Assembly: GCF_009914755.1 (NCBI RefSeq)
Contig: NC_060939.1
Reading direction: 5' to 3' (one strand)
DNA from: the human T2T-CHM13v2.0 reference genome, Homo sapiens
Length of the DNA stretch: 64,000 nucleotides
The position numbers were made by a program, and so were the translations under genes. Under the pieces are notes generated by a model. That model did no database searches, was not told the DNA's origin, and worked only from the letters and a program-made list of their open reading frames with translations. Positions 20,246-37,989 of the stretch are shown here, piece after piece; within the stretch, counting starts at the first letter, position 1; each line of letters opens with the position of its first letter.

Positions 20246-20744
20246 CAAATCATGTCATTCCCGAATCCCCCAAAATTAAATGAACGTAAGTACCATCTAT
20301 TCCAAAATCTTATCACTCTTTAAGAGTTTAATACTTGAGACTTCTAGTTCACAATGAATGTACTAAGCAGTTATGATACACTGGCTATCTGAAGGCTTTT
20401 ATAAAAGCTTCCATTGGATCTGAACTTTCCAGCTTGCATCCCTATCTACCCTGCCAGATAGGTATAATAATTCTCATGGGTTATGTAGCCATGAGAACTC
20501 AAGATTGAATCATTCTCTGCTAAGTCTCATTTTATATCTCTATACAAACAAATCTCGGTGTACAGTTCACAGAAAATGCCAGAGCTTGAGTGTGATGGAC
20601 TTGCTTTTATAAATCTGCAAAAGCCAACCATTTTTAAAATTATTATGTATCACTTAAGCTGCTAATGCTAACAGATGGAGTTTTCTGAAATACAAAAACA
20701 GAAAGCATTTTATTTCAGCATTGGATTTTGTTTTTCTGTTAGTG

Positions 20745-22430
20745 ATTTCTTTAAAATCAACTTTATTGAAGAATAACAAATACAATAAAACATACTTGTT
20801 TTTAGCTTATAATTCAATAAGTTTTCACAAATTAATATTCCCTCATAACTACTACCATAATCAAGATAATGAAAATTTATATTACCCTTCCAGAATATCC
20901 TTTGTACTCCTGCCCCATAAATCTCCAACCTCTAACTATGGCACCAGGCAGCCACTGAGCTATATTTTTTCACTACAAATTAGATTTTCCTTTTCTAAAA
21001 TTTCATACAAATGAAATCGTGAATATGGACTTTTGTATATCTGGCTATTTTTCTTCAGCATAACATTTTTAAGGTTCATCAATGTTTTACATGTGGTGTG
21101 GTTCATTTCCTTGTATTGCTCCATATTACTTATTTATGGATATGCCATATTTTGTTTATCTGATCACCAGTTGATGTGACATTCAATTTTTTTCTAGTGT
21201 GGGCTATTAAAAATCCACAGTGAATTTCCATGTACAAGTATTCTGTGTGAACACGTTTTTATGTATACCAAATACTTAGGAGTGGAATTTGTGAATTTTA
21301 TGGAAAGTGTATGCTTAACTTTTTAAGAAACTGCTAAACTGTGTTCCACAGTGATTGTACCATTTTACATTCCCACTAGCAATATATGAGAATTAGAGTT
21401 ACTCTGTATCATCACCAACACTTGGGATTATTATCTTTTTAATTTTAGCCATTCTAGAGGAGAAGTAGTAGTATCTCATTGTAGTTTAATTTGTATTTCC
21501 TTTATAACTATGGATATTGAACATCTTTTCATGTGTTTCTTGGCCGTTCATATATCTTCTTTTGCGATGTATTTGTTCAAATTTTTTGCCCATTCGAAAA
21601 TACTAAGTTGCAAATTCTTTGTTTACCTATGTAATTCCTTTATTAGAAGAATATATATTTTGAATAGTTTCTCTCAATCCGACTTGGATTTATTTTCTCA
21701 ACAGTGTGTTTCAAAAGACAGCAGTTTTAAATTTTGATGAATTACAAAATGTTATTTTCTTGTGGCTTTTGCTTGTTTACCCAAAATATTACTTTCTTGT
21801 GGTTGGTGCTTTTTTCCCCATTCTATCTAAGAAATCTTTATCCACTCCAAAGTCATGAGACTTTTCTCCTGATTTCTTCTAGAAGTGTTATAGTGTTTGT
21901 GTGTGTGTGTGTGTATCTCAAAATCATATATAAATTGACCTGTAATCTATTTCAAGTTCATTTTGTGTGTGACAAGGATCAGAGTTCACTTTTTTGCATA
22001 TGGATAATACAGTTCTTTCCTCATTTGCTTACCATGGCACCAGTGAAGGAAATGAATTGGCTGTGTTTATGTATGGGTCTTCTTTGAACTATTCTGTTAT
22101 ATTGATATATGCATTTGATATAATTCATTAGGAAAGTCATGTGCACTGGAGTTTTCTTTTGGAAGGATTTCAATGACCAATTCAGTTTATTTAATGGATA
22201 CAAGTCTATTCTGATTTTCTGCTACTATTTGAGTCAGCTTTGCTAATTTATGTTTTTCGTGGTATTTGTCCACTTCATCTAAGTCAGATTTACTGGCATA
22301 AATTTGTACATAATATTCTTGTATTATGTTTATTATATTTATAATACCTGTATGATGTGTAATAATGGCCCCTCTTTCATTTCTGATACTGATAATTTGT
22401 CTCTTCTGTCATTTATTCTTAATCAGTCCT
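20745..22430 (-). mobile_element. Old L1M fragments
   Basis: aactttattgaag...; aagaaactgctaaactgtgttccacagtgattgtaccattttacattccc. Confidence 0.7.
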
Positions 22431-23734
22431 ACTTTAAATGTATTTACAAATCTCAGGTATAATGCATTTGCTACCCTCACTTTCTGAGAAGTCAATTCCC
22501 TCTCCCACTTTTGGAGATGATTATTAAACAGTTGGTCTTTTTTCCTCAACTTTCCAACACCCCTTCCAACCTCCTTATTCTTGGCTCATGACTTTGCTTC
22601 CTTTTTCATTAAGGAAACAGAATCAAAAGATAACTTTATCATCCTTTCACTAAATTTACAACCTCGCTGCCTCTATACCACTCCCCACTCCAGTTAAAGT
22701 GAATTAGTACCTCTTCTGTCTAAAGCTGACCCCTGCACTTGTGCACTGGATTCTATATACTCTCTTCTACTCAAGGTCTCTGCACTGGCAATTGTCCTTC
22801 CTCTTGCAAAATCAAATTTACTCTTATCAGATTATACTCATTAGTGTACAGACATTTCATAGAATCATTCATATATCTATTTTAAAACTTCTTTAGATCT
22901 TACATCTACCTCCAGTCCTATATCATTGCTCCCCTTTACAGTGAAGCTTCCCAAAATTATTGTTTATACTCAGTGTCTCTATACCTCATGTGCCATTTTC
23001 TCCTGAAAATACTTTTGCTTAGGCTTCCATCTCTACCCTGCCATTGAAACTACTCTTAAAAAGGTCACCAATAATCCACACTGTAGTTGTGGTCCATTGT
23101 ACTTGGTCAGTTATTCCTCACATGAATTTATATCTCAGCAATATTTGAAATAGTTGATTACTCCTTCCTTGAAACACTATTAATTTGGCTTCTGGAGCAC
23201 CACAATCATGATTCTCCCTCATTTTCCTGGCCTTACGTAGTAGAGTGCCCAAGTCTCTTCTCTGTCTATATCTAATCCTTAGATTATCTCATTCAGTTCC
23301 ATGGCTTTATATACCATCTATATATACGTTGATCATCCTCACATTTTTGTGTCTTGCCCTTACCTCTTCCTTTCTGCCCACTTGATATCTCTATTGTGTG
23401 TTAAACTTCACATGTCCTAAAGGAAGCTCTTGCTTCCCTGCCCTCAGCAAACCTGCTTCTCTTCCTTCTCCCTGTCTTAGTAAAAGGCATCACCCAATTG
23501 TTCAGTCTAAAATTGAAGAGTCATCTTGATCTATCTGTTTTCCTATATCCAGATCCAGCTCACCAACAAGTCCTGTCAATTCTGTCTTCAAAATACATAG
23601 AATAAACCACTTCTCAAAACATTCATTACATCTACCCAAGCCCAAGCCACTATCTTTTATTTAAACTATTATAATAACCTCCTAGATTGGCAGTACCACA
23701 GTGGCCAGAGTAATCCTTATAAAATTTAAGTCAG

Positions 23735-24034
<300 letters not shown>

Positions 24035-24316
24035 TCAGATCATCACACACATACACATATGCATACACACTTAAAATCCTCCAAAGGCTTCCCGTGTCAC
24101 TCAGAATAAAATCCAAATTTATAAGTAAAGCTTACAAGGTTCACCTAGGCTTGTCCTGCCCACTTCTCTTATCAAAACCTAACACTGTGCCTATGTCACT
24201 CGGCTGAAACCACACTGACCTTCTAGGTGATTTTTGAATATATTAAGTGGATTCCTACTACAGGATCTTTGTCTTCATTGTTCTTATTATCTGGAATTCT
24301 TTCCCCAAGATCTTTA

Positions 24317-24615
24317 TTTGATTATTTTATTTTTTTAGAGAGAGGATCTCACTCTGTTGCTCAGGCTGGAGTACAGTGGTGCAATCATGGCTTACTACAG
24401 CCTTGACCTCCCCAGCTCAAGCAATCCTTCTGCCTCAGCCTTCCAAGCAGCTGGGACCACATACATATGCCACAATGTCCAGCTAATTTTTAAATTTTTT
24501 TGTAGAGACAAGGTCTCCCTGTGTTGCCTAGACTGGTCTCGAACTCCTGGGTTCATCTTCCCACATTGGACTCCCGAAGTGCTAGGACTACAGGCGTGAG
24601 CCACTGTGCCTGGCC
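24317..24615 (-). mobile_element. AluJ-type
   Basis: Diverged antisense Alu (gcaatcatggcttactacagccttgacctcc); TSD TCCC(C/T)AAGAT(C/T)TTTA. Confidence 0.9.
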
Positions 24616-26992
24616 TCCCTAAGATTTTTACTTAAATCATTACCTCACTTCATTTGGAAGACTTCCCTGACCACTTTATTTTAAATAGTTTTACCCTTCC
24701 CTCATTGTTCTGTCCCTTTACCCTTTTTTTCTTGATAGTCCTTAACACTGCCAGATATTACATATGTCTATGTGTATATATGTGTTCATCTTCTGTCTCT
24801 TCCTCTAGAATGCAAATGTCATGAGAGGAGGAACTTTGGTTAATTTGTGTGCCCATCATATAGAATAGTATCCTGCATGTAGTAAGTGCTTAATAAATGT
24901 GTTGAATAAATGAATGAAACCTATTAGGTATAGATAATATTACTCACAATTTCAGATATGGAAATGAGTCTACCATAGCTGGCAGGTTTTCTGATTCCTA
25001 GTCCATTCTTTTCTACCTTAGCCACTTGTTTCTGAAACCATATCTGATTATTTATTTATCCTCATCTGATTATTTCTTATCTGAATTTCTGTGGTGCTTC
25101 GTGTTATTCCCAGAGCATTTACTACATTTTGTCCTCTGCTGTGGCTGATGCATGCCCCTCTCTTTTCTTACTCTCCCCCAGTGCCTTTTATGAATGCTTT
25201 AATAATCATGAGAGAGTGGTACATCATTTCCTCTTGAAGCTCACAGTATTTGAATTTTAATGTTAAATTTGATTTTCTTAGGTTTTTTTTTTAAAAAAAA
25301 ACTAATGTGCAACTCAGGACTTCAGATTTTTCGTGAAATTTTTGTCTAGCAACCTGTAACTCCTTAAATTTTTATAACAGTAGAAATTTGTTTAGTGGAT
25401 TTACTCATATAGAAAACTTTACTTCCTACTTTACTATTCTTGTGGCTATCATTTTTCCCCCACACCTCCCAAGAAGAGGGCAGTATTGATTCAGGGATAG
25501 GGGACATCATGTGGTACAGGATGGTTTTCATTTTCCTGTGAAATAGGTTACAAAGTCATCAGCAGGCAAGAGGGGAAAGATTCATTTCTATATTCTTAAG
25601 AAGGAAGACTGAAATGAGGCAGCAAGAAATGTGGACTTTGTAGCTAATGAGAATCTTTGCCTTTTCTATGTGAACAGTGAGATAAATCAAGCTAGCTCTT
25701 CCTGTAGCTACCACCCACAAAGCTGTGAAGAAGGCTGTGATAGCAGATGGTATCCATACACAGTTTGATTTGTTTAGAAACCTACATAAAGAGCAGCATG
25801 TGTTTTGTTTTGTTTTTCCCCTTAATTACTCAGAGCCAGGGAGACCAGTTTTTAAATAAAATGTAGTGATATAGCCAGGAAAAAATTATAAAAGAATATA
25901 GACAACTGTATTTTTAACTTCATCATTTCAACTCTATAATATTTATTGAGTATCTTCTCAATTTATTGAGTAAGGCTCTGGACTAGGCCTTACTTTGTAG
26001 GGGATATAAAGAAGAGTGGGTTTAGTATTACAAAATAAGTTCAGTTTAACTAACGTGTGTTAGTGTCTTTTATATCCCACTGAAGTGCTGAGTATACAGA
26101 AATTAAGACAGTTCTTTTCTTCAAGGAGCTTAAACTATAGTGGGGGAAATAAAGTTAAGGGATAGTTTCAGTACCACATAGCAGATATGATGATATATGT
26201 CTCTCAAGGTGCTATACAAGCTTTGAAGAGGGTACTTAATATAATCTGGGTGGATAATGAGGATTAGAAAGGAAATATGTCCTGGGAGAGCTAATGCCCT
26301 AGAGTACAAATCTAGCTGAGTCAGTAGGTGCTAGCTATGTGAAAATGAGTGGGCAGAGATCAGGGCAGGAGGAAGAGCACAGGCGAAGACTGAGGCAGGA
26401 AACACCATGGCTGTTTGGGAGAGATCCAGTTACTGCTGGTATTACTGAAAGTAACATCTTTGGCAGGAGATGAGGCTGGTTGATTATGGTGGAGTTAAGA
26501 GTTTATCCTCTAGGTTCATGTTTCTTCAGGTGTTGGCCTGTTGACTCTCTGCAACAGAATATCCTAGGATGTTTGCAGAAATATAAGACTAAACTCACCC
26601 CAGGATGTGGAAAATAATCTATAAGATCTGTTGTTTCTACTTAGAATTGGGATTTTCCTATAGGGCTATATAGAATGTTGTGCATTTAATGAATATATTC
26701 TGAAAAGATTTACTTTGTCAGGTATACAGAAAAACAGTGGAGAGTTTCTCTTAACATTGGTCTTTTTGGGAGGTTCCCAAGAGAAGAAATGCAGTTATAA
26801 TGAGTTGTTTATAAAATAGAGGACAGGTATACTGTGTCTTGAGTCAATAAAGAGAGAGAAAATTCCAAACGAAAAGTAATTTGAAAGCCCGGTTCACAAC
26901 TACATTTTTTAGGATATATTTCTCTAATACCAATTTGAGGCAAGAATTCCTTGAGACCTCTAACACTTAGTGTTCAGCCTCTACCCCCAAGC

Positions 26993-27012
26993 GTGTGTGT
27001 GTGTGTGTGTGT
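26993..27012 (+). repeat. (GT)10 microsatellite
   Basis: Read directly; 108 nt upstream of the exon at 27121. Confidence 0.95.
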
Positions 27013-27081
27013 AAAGTTTGAGAGAAAGCAAGGAATATGGATATGGAAGATACTGCAAAATGATAAAGGGGGAAACTATGA

Positions 27082-27267
<186 letters not shown>

Positions 27268-27641
27268 TGAATAGCTTTTGTAGTGATCCCTTTTGGTAAC
27301 TACTTCTTTTATGAACATGTCAAAAATAATACTTAAATTATAATTCTTGATGTCATGCTGAACATTTCTCTTTTCAGAAGAAATATATTCATTAGCAGTA
27401 TACACATTTCTAACATGTTAGGATGATATGCTTGTCTGTCGCCATTATTGGGTGATGGCACAACTCTTTGGAAGATTGATTTCTTCAACCAGTTTTATCA
27501 GGTGCCCATATTATATGTCAGACACTTTTCTAAGCTCTTAGAAAAAGTTGTTTAAAAAAAGTATCTTTTGTATCTCAAGTCTTTTATTCTTCTCTGAACC
27601 TCAGTTTTCTAATAGATAAAGTAAGGCTCTATTTTACAGGG

Positions 27642-27783
27642 CAGTGGTTCTCAAACTTGAGCATGTATCAGAATCTCTGGGAGGGCTTGTTAAATCACAT
27701 TGCTGGGTCCCATCCCCAGAATTTCTGATTTAATAGGTCTGGAGTGAGGCCTGAGAAATTGCACTTTTAACAAGTTCCCAGGT
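27642..27783. mobile_element. MER5A-like hAT-Charlie MITE inside a MIR-like remnant
   Basis: cagtggttctcaaacttgagcatgtatcagaatc...ggcctgagaaattgcacttttaacaagttcccagg. Confidence 0.8.
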
Positions 27784-27979
27784 AAATTATTGTAAGGATC
27801 ACCGTAACTCCAGTGTCTAGCCAATGCTTGGCATAGAATTAGCATTCGGTGCCTTAAATATCTGTTGAATAAATGAAAGTTCAAATACCAATGTTCATGA
27901 AACCCCTTTGTACCTTCTATAAATATTGGTTACTTTTTGGTTCTGTATTGACCTGAAAGGGTAATAAGTGATATTACCT

Positions 27980-28200
27980 ATTTAATAATTTTTAAATTCT
28001 ATTTAATAATTAAATATTTAATATTTAATAATTAAATAATTTAATTTATTTAATACTTAAATAATTTAATTTATTTAATTAAATAATTTAATAATTAAAT
28101 AATTTAATAATTAAATTATTTAATTTAATAATTTATTATTTAATAATTAAAACAATATTTAATAATTAAAACAATTCTGTTTAATAATTAAACTATTTAA
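27980..28200. repeat. AT-rich low-complexity tract built from TTTAATAATTAAA-like units
   Basis: Read directly; almost entirely A/T. Confidence 0.95.
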
Positions 28201-28510
28201 TAATTTAAAAATTTTAATTGTGGTAAGCTAACACATAAGATTTACCTTCTTAAACATTTTAAGCATATAGTTCAGTAGTGTAACATAGATTCACACTGTT
28301 ATACAACCTATCCATGAACTCTTTTCATCTTGCAAAAACTGAAACTCTCTACCAATTAAGCCACTCCCCATTTCCACCTCCCTCTAGACCCTGGCAACCA
28401 CCATTGTACTTTCTGTCTCTATAAATTTGACTGCTCTAGGAAGTAAACGTCAGTAGAATTATACCATATTTTTTTTTCTTTAACTGGCTTATTTCACTTA
28501 ACATAATGTT
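28201..28510 (+). repeat. 310-bp near-identical direct copy of 37457-37766 (antisense L1MB 3' end)
   Basis: Manual alignment at offset 9256: 2 substitutions and 2 single-base indels. Confidence 0.95.
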
Positions 28511-29059
28511 AAGTGACTCTCATAATTAAAACAATATTTAATAATTTAATCATGACTTGGATAATGAAATTAGGAACCACCTTCATTATATACACAGATA
28601 ATACATTTTGGATTAAGTTAGTAACACTTAACAGGAATAGACTGAAAGTGACCTTGATACATCCTCTAACATGTTTGAGAGGCAAATATGTGCCGTAGTG
28701 ATTACAGAGTTTTAAGATGTCGTCTGTGAGATAGTTTGTTATATGGTCAGGTCATTTTCATATTCAGGGGCCATCAATGATGGCATAACTGGGATTTATT
28801 AATAGAAGTTATTACATGAACAAGTTAGGAAGTCATCTTTATAGACTCACCAGTAATTAGCATGTTATTCGAGTATTATTTCCAATTTGGTGCATTTTAC
28901 AGGGATTTTGAAGAAAATGAAGAATAACCACCTAGGTATCAGGATTTCCTAATTGTTGTAGATTTGACCTCTATATTGTATTAGTTCACATATTAAGAAA
29001 ACAGAAGGAAAATGGTTTCATGAAACAGATGACTCTCCATATTCTAGCCAGCCATTTTG

Positions 29060-33575
<4,516 letters not shown>

Positions 33576-35120
33576 TTATCGAATTTAGATAATCTATCAA
33601 AGCTAAGGTGCAACTGCAATAAATGCTGTGGAAAGTATATGGTGCTTTGAGCAAGTAACCAAGCCAATAAATGCCTTTTTTAAAAACATCCAATGAGCAT
33701 TTATTATAACACAACTGGCTACTATAGTTCTTTTGCATTTCCATGTAAGTTTTTAGAATCACATTTGGAGTTTTGATAGGCATTGTGTTGAATCTATAGA
33801 TCAGTTTTGGGAAAATTGACATCTTAATAGCGTCTTTAAAGTCATGAATAGAGAAAATCTGTTTATTTAAGCCTTCTTCAATTTTTCCAAGCAGCTTTTA
33901 TATATATATAGTTTCCAGAATACAGGTTTTACACACTTTTTTTTCAAACTTATCTCTTAGTGTTTCCGTTTTTTGATGTTATAAATGTTCTTTAAATTCC
34001 AGTTTCCCATTGTTTGTTGCTATAATGGAGAAATACAATTTATGTTTGCATATTGAGTCTATATCCTCAACTTTGCTGAACTCACTTATTCTAGAAGCCT
34101 TAGGATTTTCTACAGACCTTTTCTGTAAAGGACCAACTAGTAAATGCTTTGGCTTTGTGGGCTACATATGGTCCCTTGTGTATTCTTCACTGGTTTTCTT
34201 TTTTAAAATTTATTTAACACCTTCAAAATAAATCATTTTTAGTTCACAAGTTTTAGAAAAACTGACTGCAGTTTCCTGAGAGATCTTACCAGGAATGGAT
34301 GTTGAATTTTGTCAAATGCTTTTTCCCGTATCTATTGAAATTATATTTTTCTTTTTTTAGTCTTTCAAATGTTAAAACAACCTTGTATTCCTGGGATATA
34401 TTGCACTTGGTGATGGTGTGTCATTATCTCTTTTATATATTATTGGTTACTTTTTTGTGAATGTCTGTATACATGGGAACATAGTGCTAGTCTGTTTAGT
34501 CTGTAGTCTTGATTTAGTTTTCTTATACATTATTTTCATCTTTAGGTTTTTTGGTTTGAATTTGTTTTGGTTTTGGTTTCAGGGTAATGCTGCCTTTATT
34601 AAATGAACTTCCAAATCATTCTTCTGGAGAAGCTCAACTTTCAGATAAGTTTTTGTAGGGTTGGTATTATTTTTTCTTTGAATGTCTGGTAGAGTCCACA
34701 GGTAAAGCCGTCTGGGCCTGAGGTTTTCTTGTGGAAAGATTTTATACTTCAAATTCAATTTCTTTAATAGATACAGAAGTATTCCTTATAGAGGCTATAT
34801 TTTATTGTGTTTTGGGTGCTTACATCTGTCAAGGAATCTGTTCATTTCGTTTATGTTGTCAAATTTACTGGCATACAGTTTTTTACACTAGTTCCTTATT
34901 GTCCTCTGAATATTCCTCCTACATTCCTGTGGGTCATTCCCCCCTCTCATTCTTGTATTGGTAATTTGTGTCTTTTTTACTTTTTCTGATCAGTCTTACT
35001 AGAGGTTTACTAATTCTGGTTTTATTGATTTTCCTCTACTGATTTTTTATTTTTTTTATTGATTTCTGCTCTTCTATTTCTTTCCCTCTCCTTACTTTTG
35101 GGTTCAATTTGTTCTTTTTC

Positions 35121-35427
35121 TCTTTTCTCTTTTTTTTTTCTCCCCTAGACAGAGTCTTGCTCTGTTGCCCAGGGTGGAGTGCAGTGGCGCAAACTTGGCT
35201 CACTGCAACCTCCGCCTCCCAGGTTCAAGCGGTTCTCCTGCCTCAGCCTCCTGAGTAGCTGGGATTACAGGCCCCCGCCACCATGCTCGGCTAATTTTTG
35301 TATTTTTAGTAGAGATGGGGTTTCACCATGTTGGCCAGACTGGTCTCGAACTACTGACCTCGTGATCTGCCCGCTTTGACCTCCTAAAGTGCTGGGATTA
35401 AACAGATGTGAGCCATCACGCCTGGCC
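35121..35427 (-). mobile_element. AluS-type
   Basis: Full antisense Alu ending CCTGGCC at 35427. Confidence 0.92.
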
Positions 35428-36149
35428 TCTTTTTCTAATTTTTAAAATGGAAGTGGAGACTGTTGATTTGTACGCTTTCTTCTTTGCTAATATAAGCATT
35501 TAAACACTGTAAATGTTTCTCTATGAATTTCCTTAGCTACTTCCCACCAAATTTGATTTTTTGTATTTTCATTTTTATTCTATTCAGAATACTTTCTAAT
35601 TTTCTTTTTTATTTCCTCTGAGCCATGACAAACTTTACGAGTTTGTCATTTCATTTTTCAAATACTTAGGGATTTTCCCCAGATACCATTCTTACTGATT
35701 TTTAATTCCATTGTGGACAGAGAATGCATTTGGTTTTATTTGAATCACTCTAAATTTATGGATACTTTTTTTTGGCCCAGAATATGGTTTAAATTGGGAA
35801 ATATTTCATGTGCCCTTGATAGGAATGTGCATTCTGTATTTGTTAGGTGGAGTATTCTATAAATGTCAATTATGTCAAATTGCTTGATAGTGTTGTTCAA
35901 TACTTCTGTATCTTATGTATTTTCTGTGTCCCTGTTCTATCAATGATCAAGAGAGGGGTACTAAACTCTGAATAGAACTGTGAGTTTGTCTATTTTCCCT
36001 TTCAGTCTTAACAATTTTTGCATCATGTATTTTGAGACTTGGTTATTAGCTATATTAATACCCAGTATCTAAGAAGATTGTTAAATCCTCTTGAATGAAT
36101 TGACCTCTTATTATTTATTTATATTTATTTTTGTTGCTGCATTCTGATA

Positions 36150-36307
36150 CAGGTTGAGTATCCCTTATCAGAAATGCTTGGGACCAGAAGTGTTTTAGAA
36201 ATGCTACAGTGGACATTTCATCTTTGAGAATCATGTCAGCACTCAAAAAGTTTTAGATTTTAGAGCATTTTGGATTTCAGACTTTTGGATTAGGGATACT
36301 CAACCTG
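36150..36307. mobile_element. Tigger4a/MER46A-like TcMar MITE
   Basis: Perfect TIRs CAGGTTGAGTATCCCT / AGGGATACTCAACCTG with TA on both sides. Confidence 0.88.
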
Positions 36308-36458
36308 TATTACCTTTGTTTGATATTCATGCAACTCAAGCTTTATTTTAGTTCGTGTTAGCATTGTCTTGTCTTTTTCCATTCTTTTATTTGTAACTCC
36401 TTTGTGTCTTCTCATTAGCAGCATCTAGTTGACTTTGCTTTTTAAAAAAATCCAGTCT

Positions 36459-37095
36459 CCAGAGTGTGATGTTCCCCTTCCTGTGTCCATGTGTTCTCAT
36501 TATTCAATTCCCACCTATGAGTGAGAATATGCGGTGTTTGGTTTTTTGTTCTTGCGATAGTTTGCTGAGAATGATGATTTCCAATTTCATCCATGTCCCT
36601 ACAAAGGACATGAACTCATCATTTTTTATGGCTGCATAGTATTCCGTGGTGTATATGTGCCACATTTTCTTAATTCAGTCTATCATTGTTGGACATTTGG
36701 GTTGGTTCCAACTCTTTGCTATTGTGAGTAGAGCCGCAATAAACATACGTGTGCATGTGTCTTTATAGCAGCATGATTTATAGTCCCTTGGGTATATACC
36801 CAGTAATGGGATGGCTGGGTCAAATGGTATTTCTAGTTCTAGATCCCTGAGGAATCGCCACACTGACTTCCACAATGGTTGAACTAGTTTACAGTCCCAC
36901 CAACAGTGTAAAAGTGTTGTGGGGAGGGGGGAGGGGGGAGGGATAGCATTAGGAGATATACCTAATGCTAAATGACGAGTTAATGGGTGCAGCACACCAG
37001 CATAGCACATGTATACATATGTAACTAACCTGCACATTGTGCACATGTACCCTAAAACTTAAAGTATAATTAAAAAAATAAAAAAATAAAAAAAT
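36459..37095. mobile_element. Young L1PA2/3-like 5'-inverted (twin-primed) insertion
   Basis: Antisense segment 36459-36918, then sense 3'UTR and tail 36915-37095; TSD AAAAAAATCCA(G/A)TCT at 36444-58 and 37096-110. Confidence 0.93.
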
Positions 37096-37456
37096 AAAAA
37101 AATCCAATCTGACAGTCTCTTTTTAATTGAGGTGCTTACACCATTATATTTAAAATGATTAATAATATGGTTGGGATTAACTCTGTTAGCTAGCTGTTGT
37201 TTTAGTTGGCCCGTATGTTTTCTTTCCCTTCTTTTTGAATTGCTTTTTTAAAGATTCCATTTTATCTCCTTTATTAGATCATTATCTGTACTTCTTTGTA
37301 TGCATTTCAGCATTTGTTATATATATGTTTATCACTGTATACCTCCAAGTAATATAGCATTTTATGAATAATTTAAGAGCCTTTTAGCAGTATACTTCCA
37401 TTACCCCCCACCCTTTCTGCTATTGTCATATGTTTTATCTATAAACTCTACATTGT

Positions 37457-37930
37457 TAATTTAAAAATTTTTAATTGTGGTAAGCTACACATAAGATTTA
37501 CCTTCTTAAACATTTTAAGCATATAGTTCACTAGTGTAACATAGATTCACACTGTTATACAACCTATCCATGAACTCTTTTCATCTTGCAAAAACTGAAA
37601 CTCTCTACCAATTAAGCCACTCCCCATTTCCACCTCCCTCTAGACCCTGGCAACCACCATTGTACTTTCTGTCTCTATAAATTTGACTGCTCTAGGAAGT
37701 AAACGTCAGTAGAATTATACCATATTTGTTTTTCTTTAACTGGCTTATTTCACTTAACATAATGTTCTCAAGGTTGATCAAAGTTGTAGCATGTGTCAGA
37801 ATTTCATTCCTTTTTAAGGCTTAATAATCATTGTATTTACATACCACATTTTGTTTATTCATCCATCAGTGGACAGTTGAGTTGCTTCCCAACCTTTTGG
37901 CTAGTATGAGTTGCACTGCTTTGAACAAGG
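37457..37930 (-). mobile_element. L1MB-type 3' end (source of the 28201-28510 copy)
   Basis: ttttaattgtggtaa...ccctggcaaccaccatt...gcttatttcacttaacataatgttctcaagg continues uninterrupted. Confidence 0.85.
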
Positions 37931-37989
37931 GTATACAGATATCAATGTCTCCTAGAGAAAAGTGAAATGCTAGTTCCTTGATGTGTAAA

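Larger units (their letters stand above)
33715..36440 (-). mobile_element. Highly diverged L1M ORF2 fragments hosting a MER58 piece (~34113-34270), an Alu and a Tigger MITE
   Basis: Antisense ORF2 motifs (ggcattgtgttgaatctatagatc; ggatgttgaattttgtcaaatgct; aattccattgtggacagagaa). Confidence 0.65.

Noticed and set aside
27980-28200. AT-rich iterated units as a CRISPR-like or satellite array
   Set aside because: No regular period or spacers, and the context is eukaryotic; better explained as low-complexity or templated synthesis.
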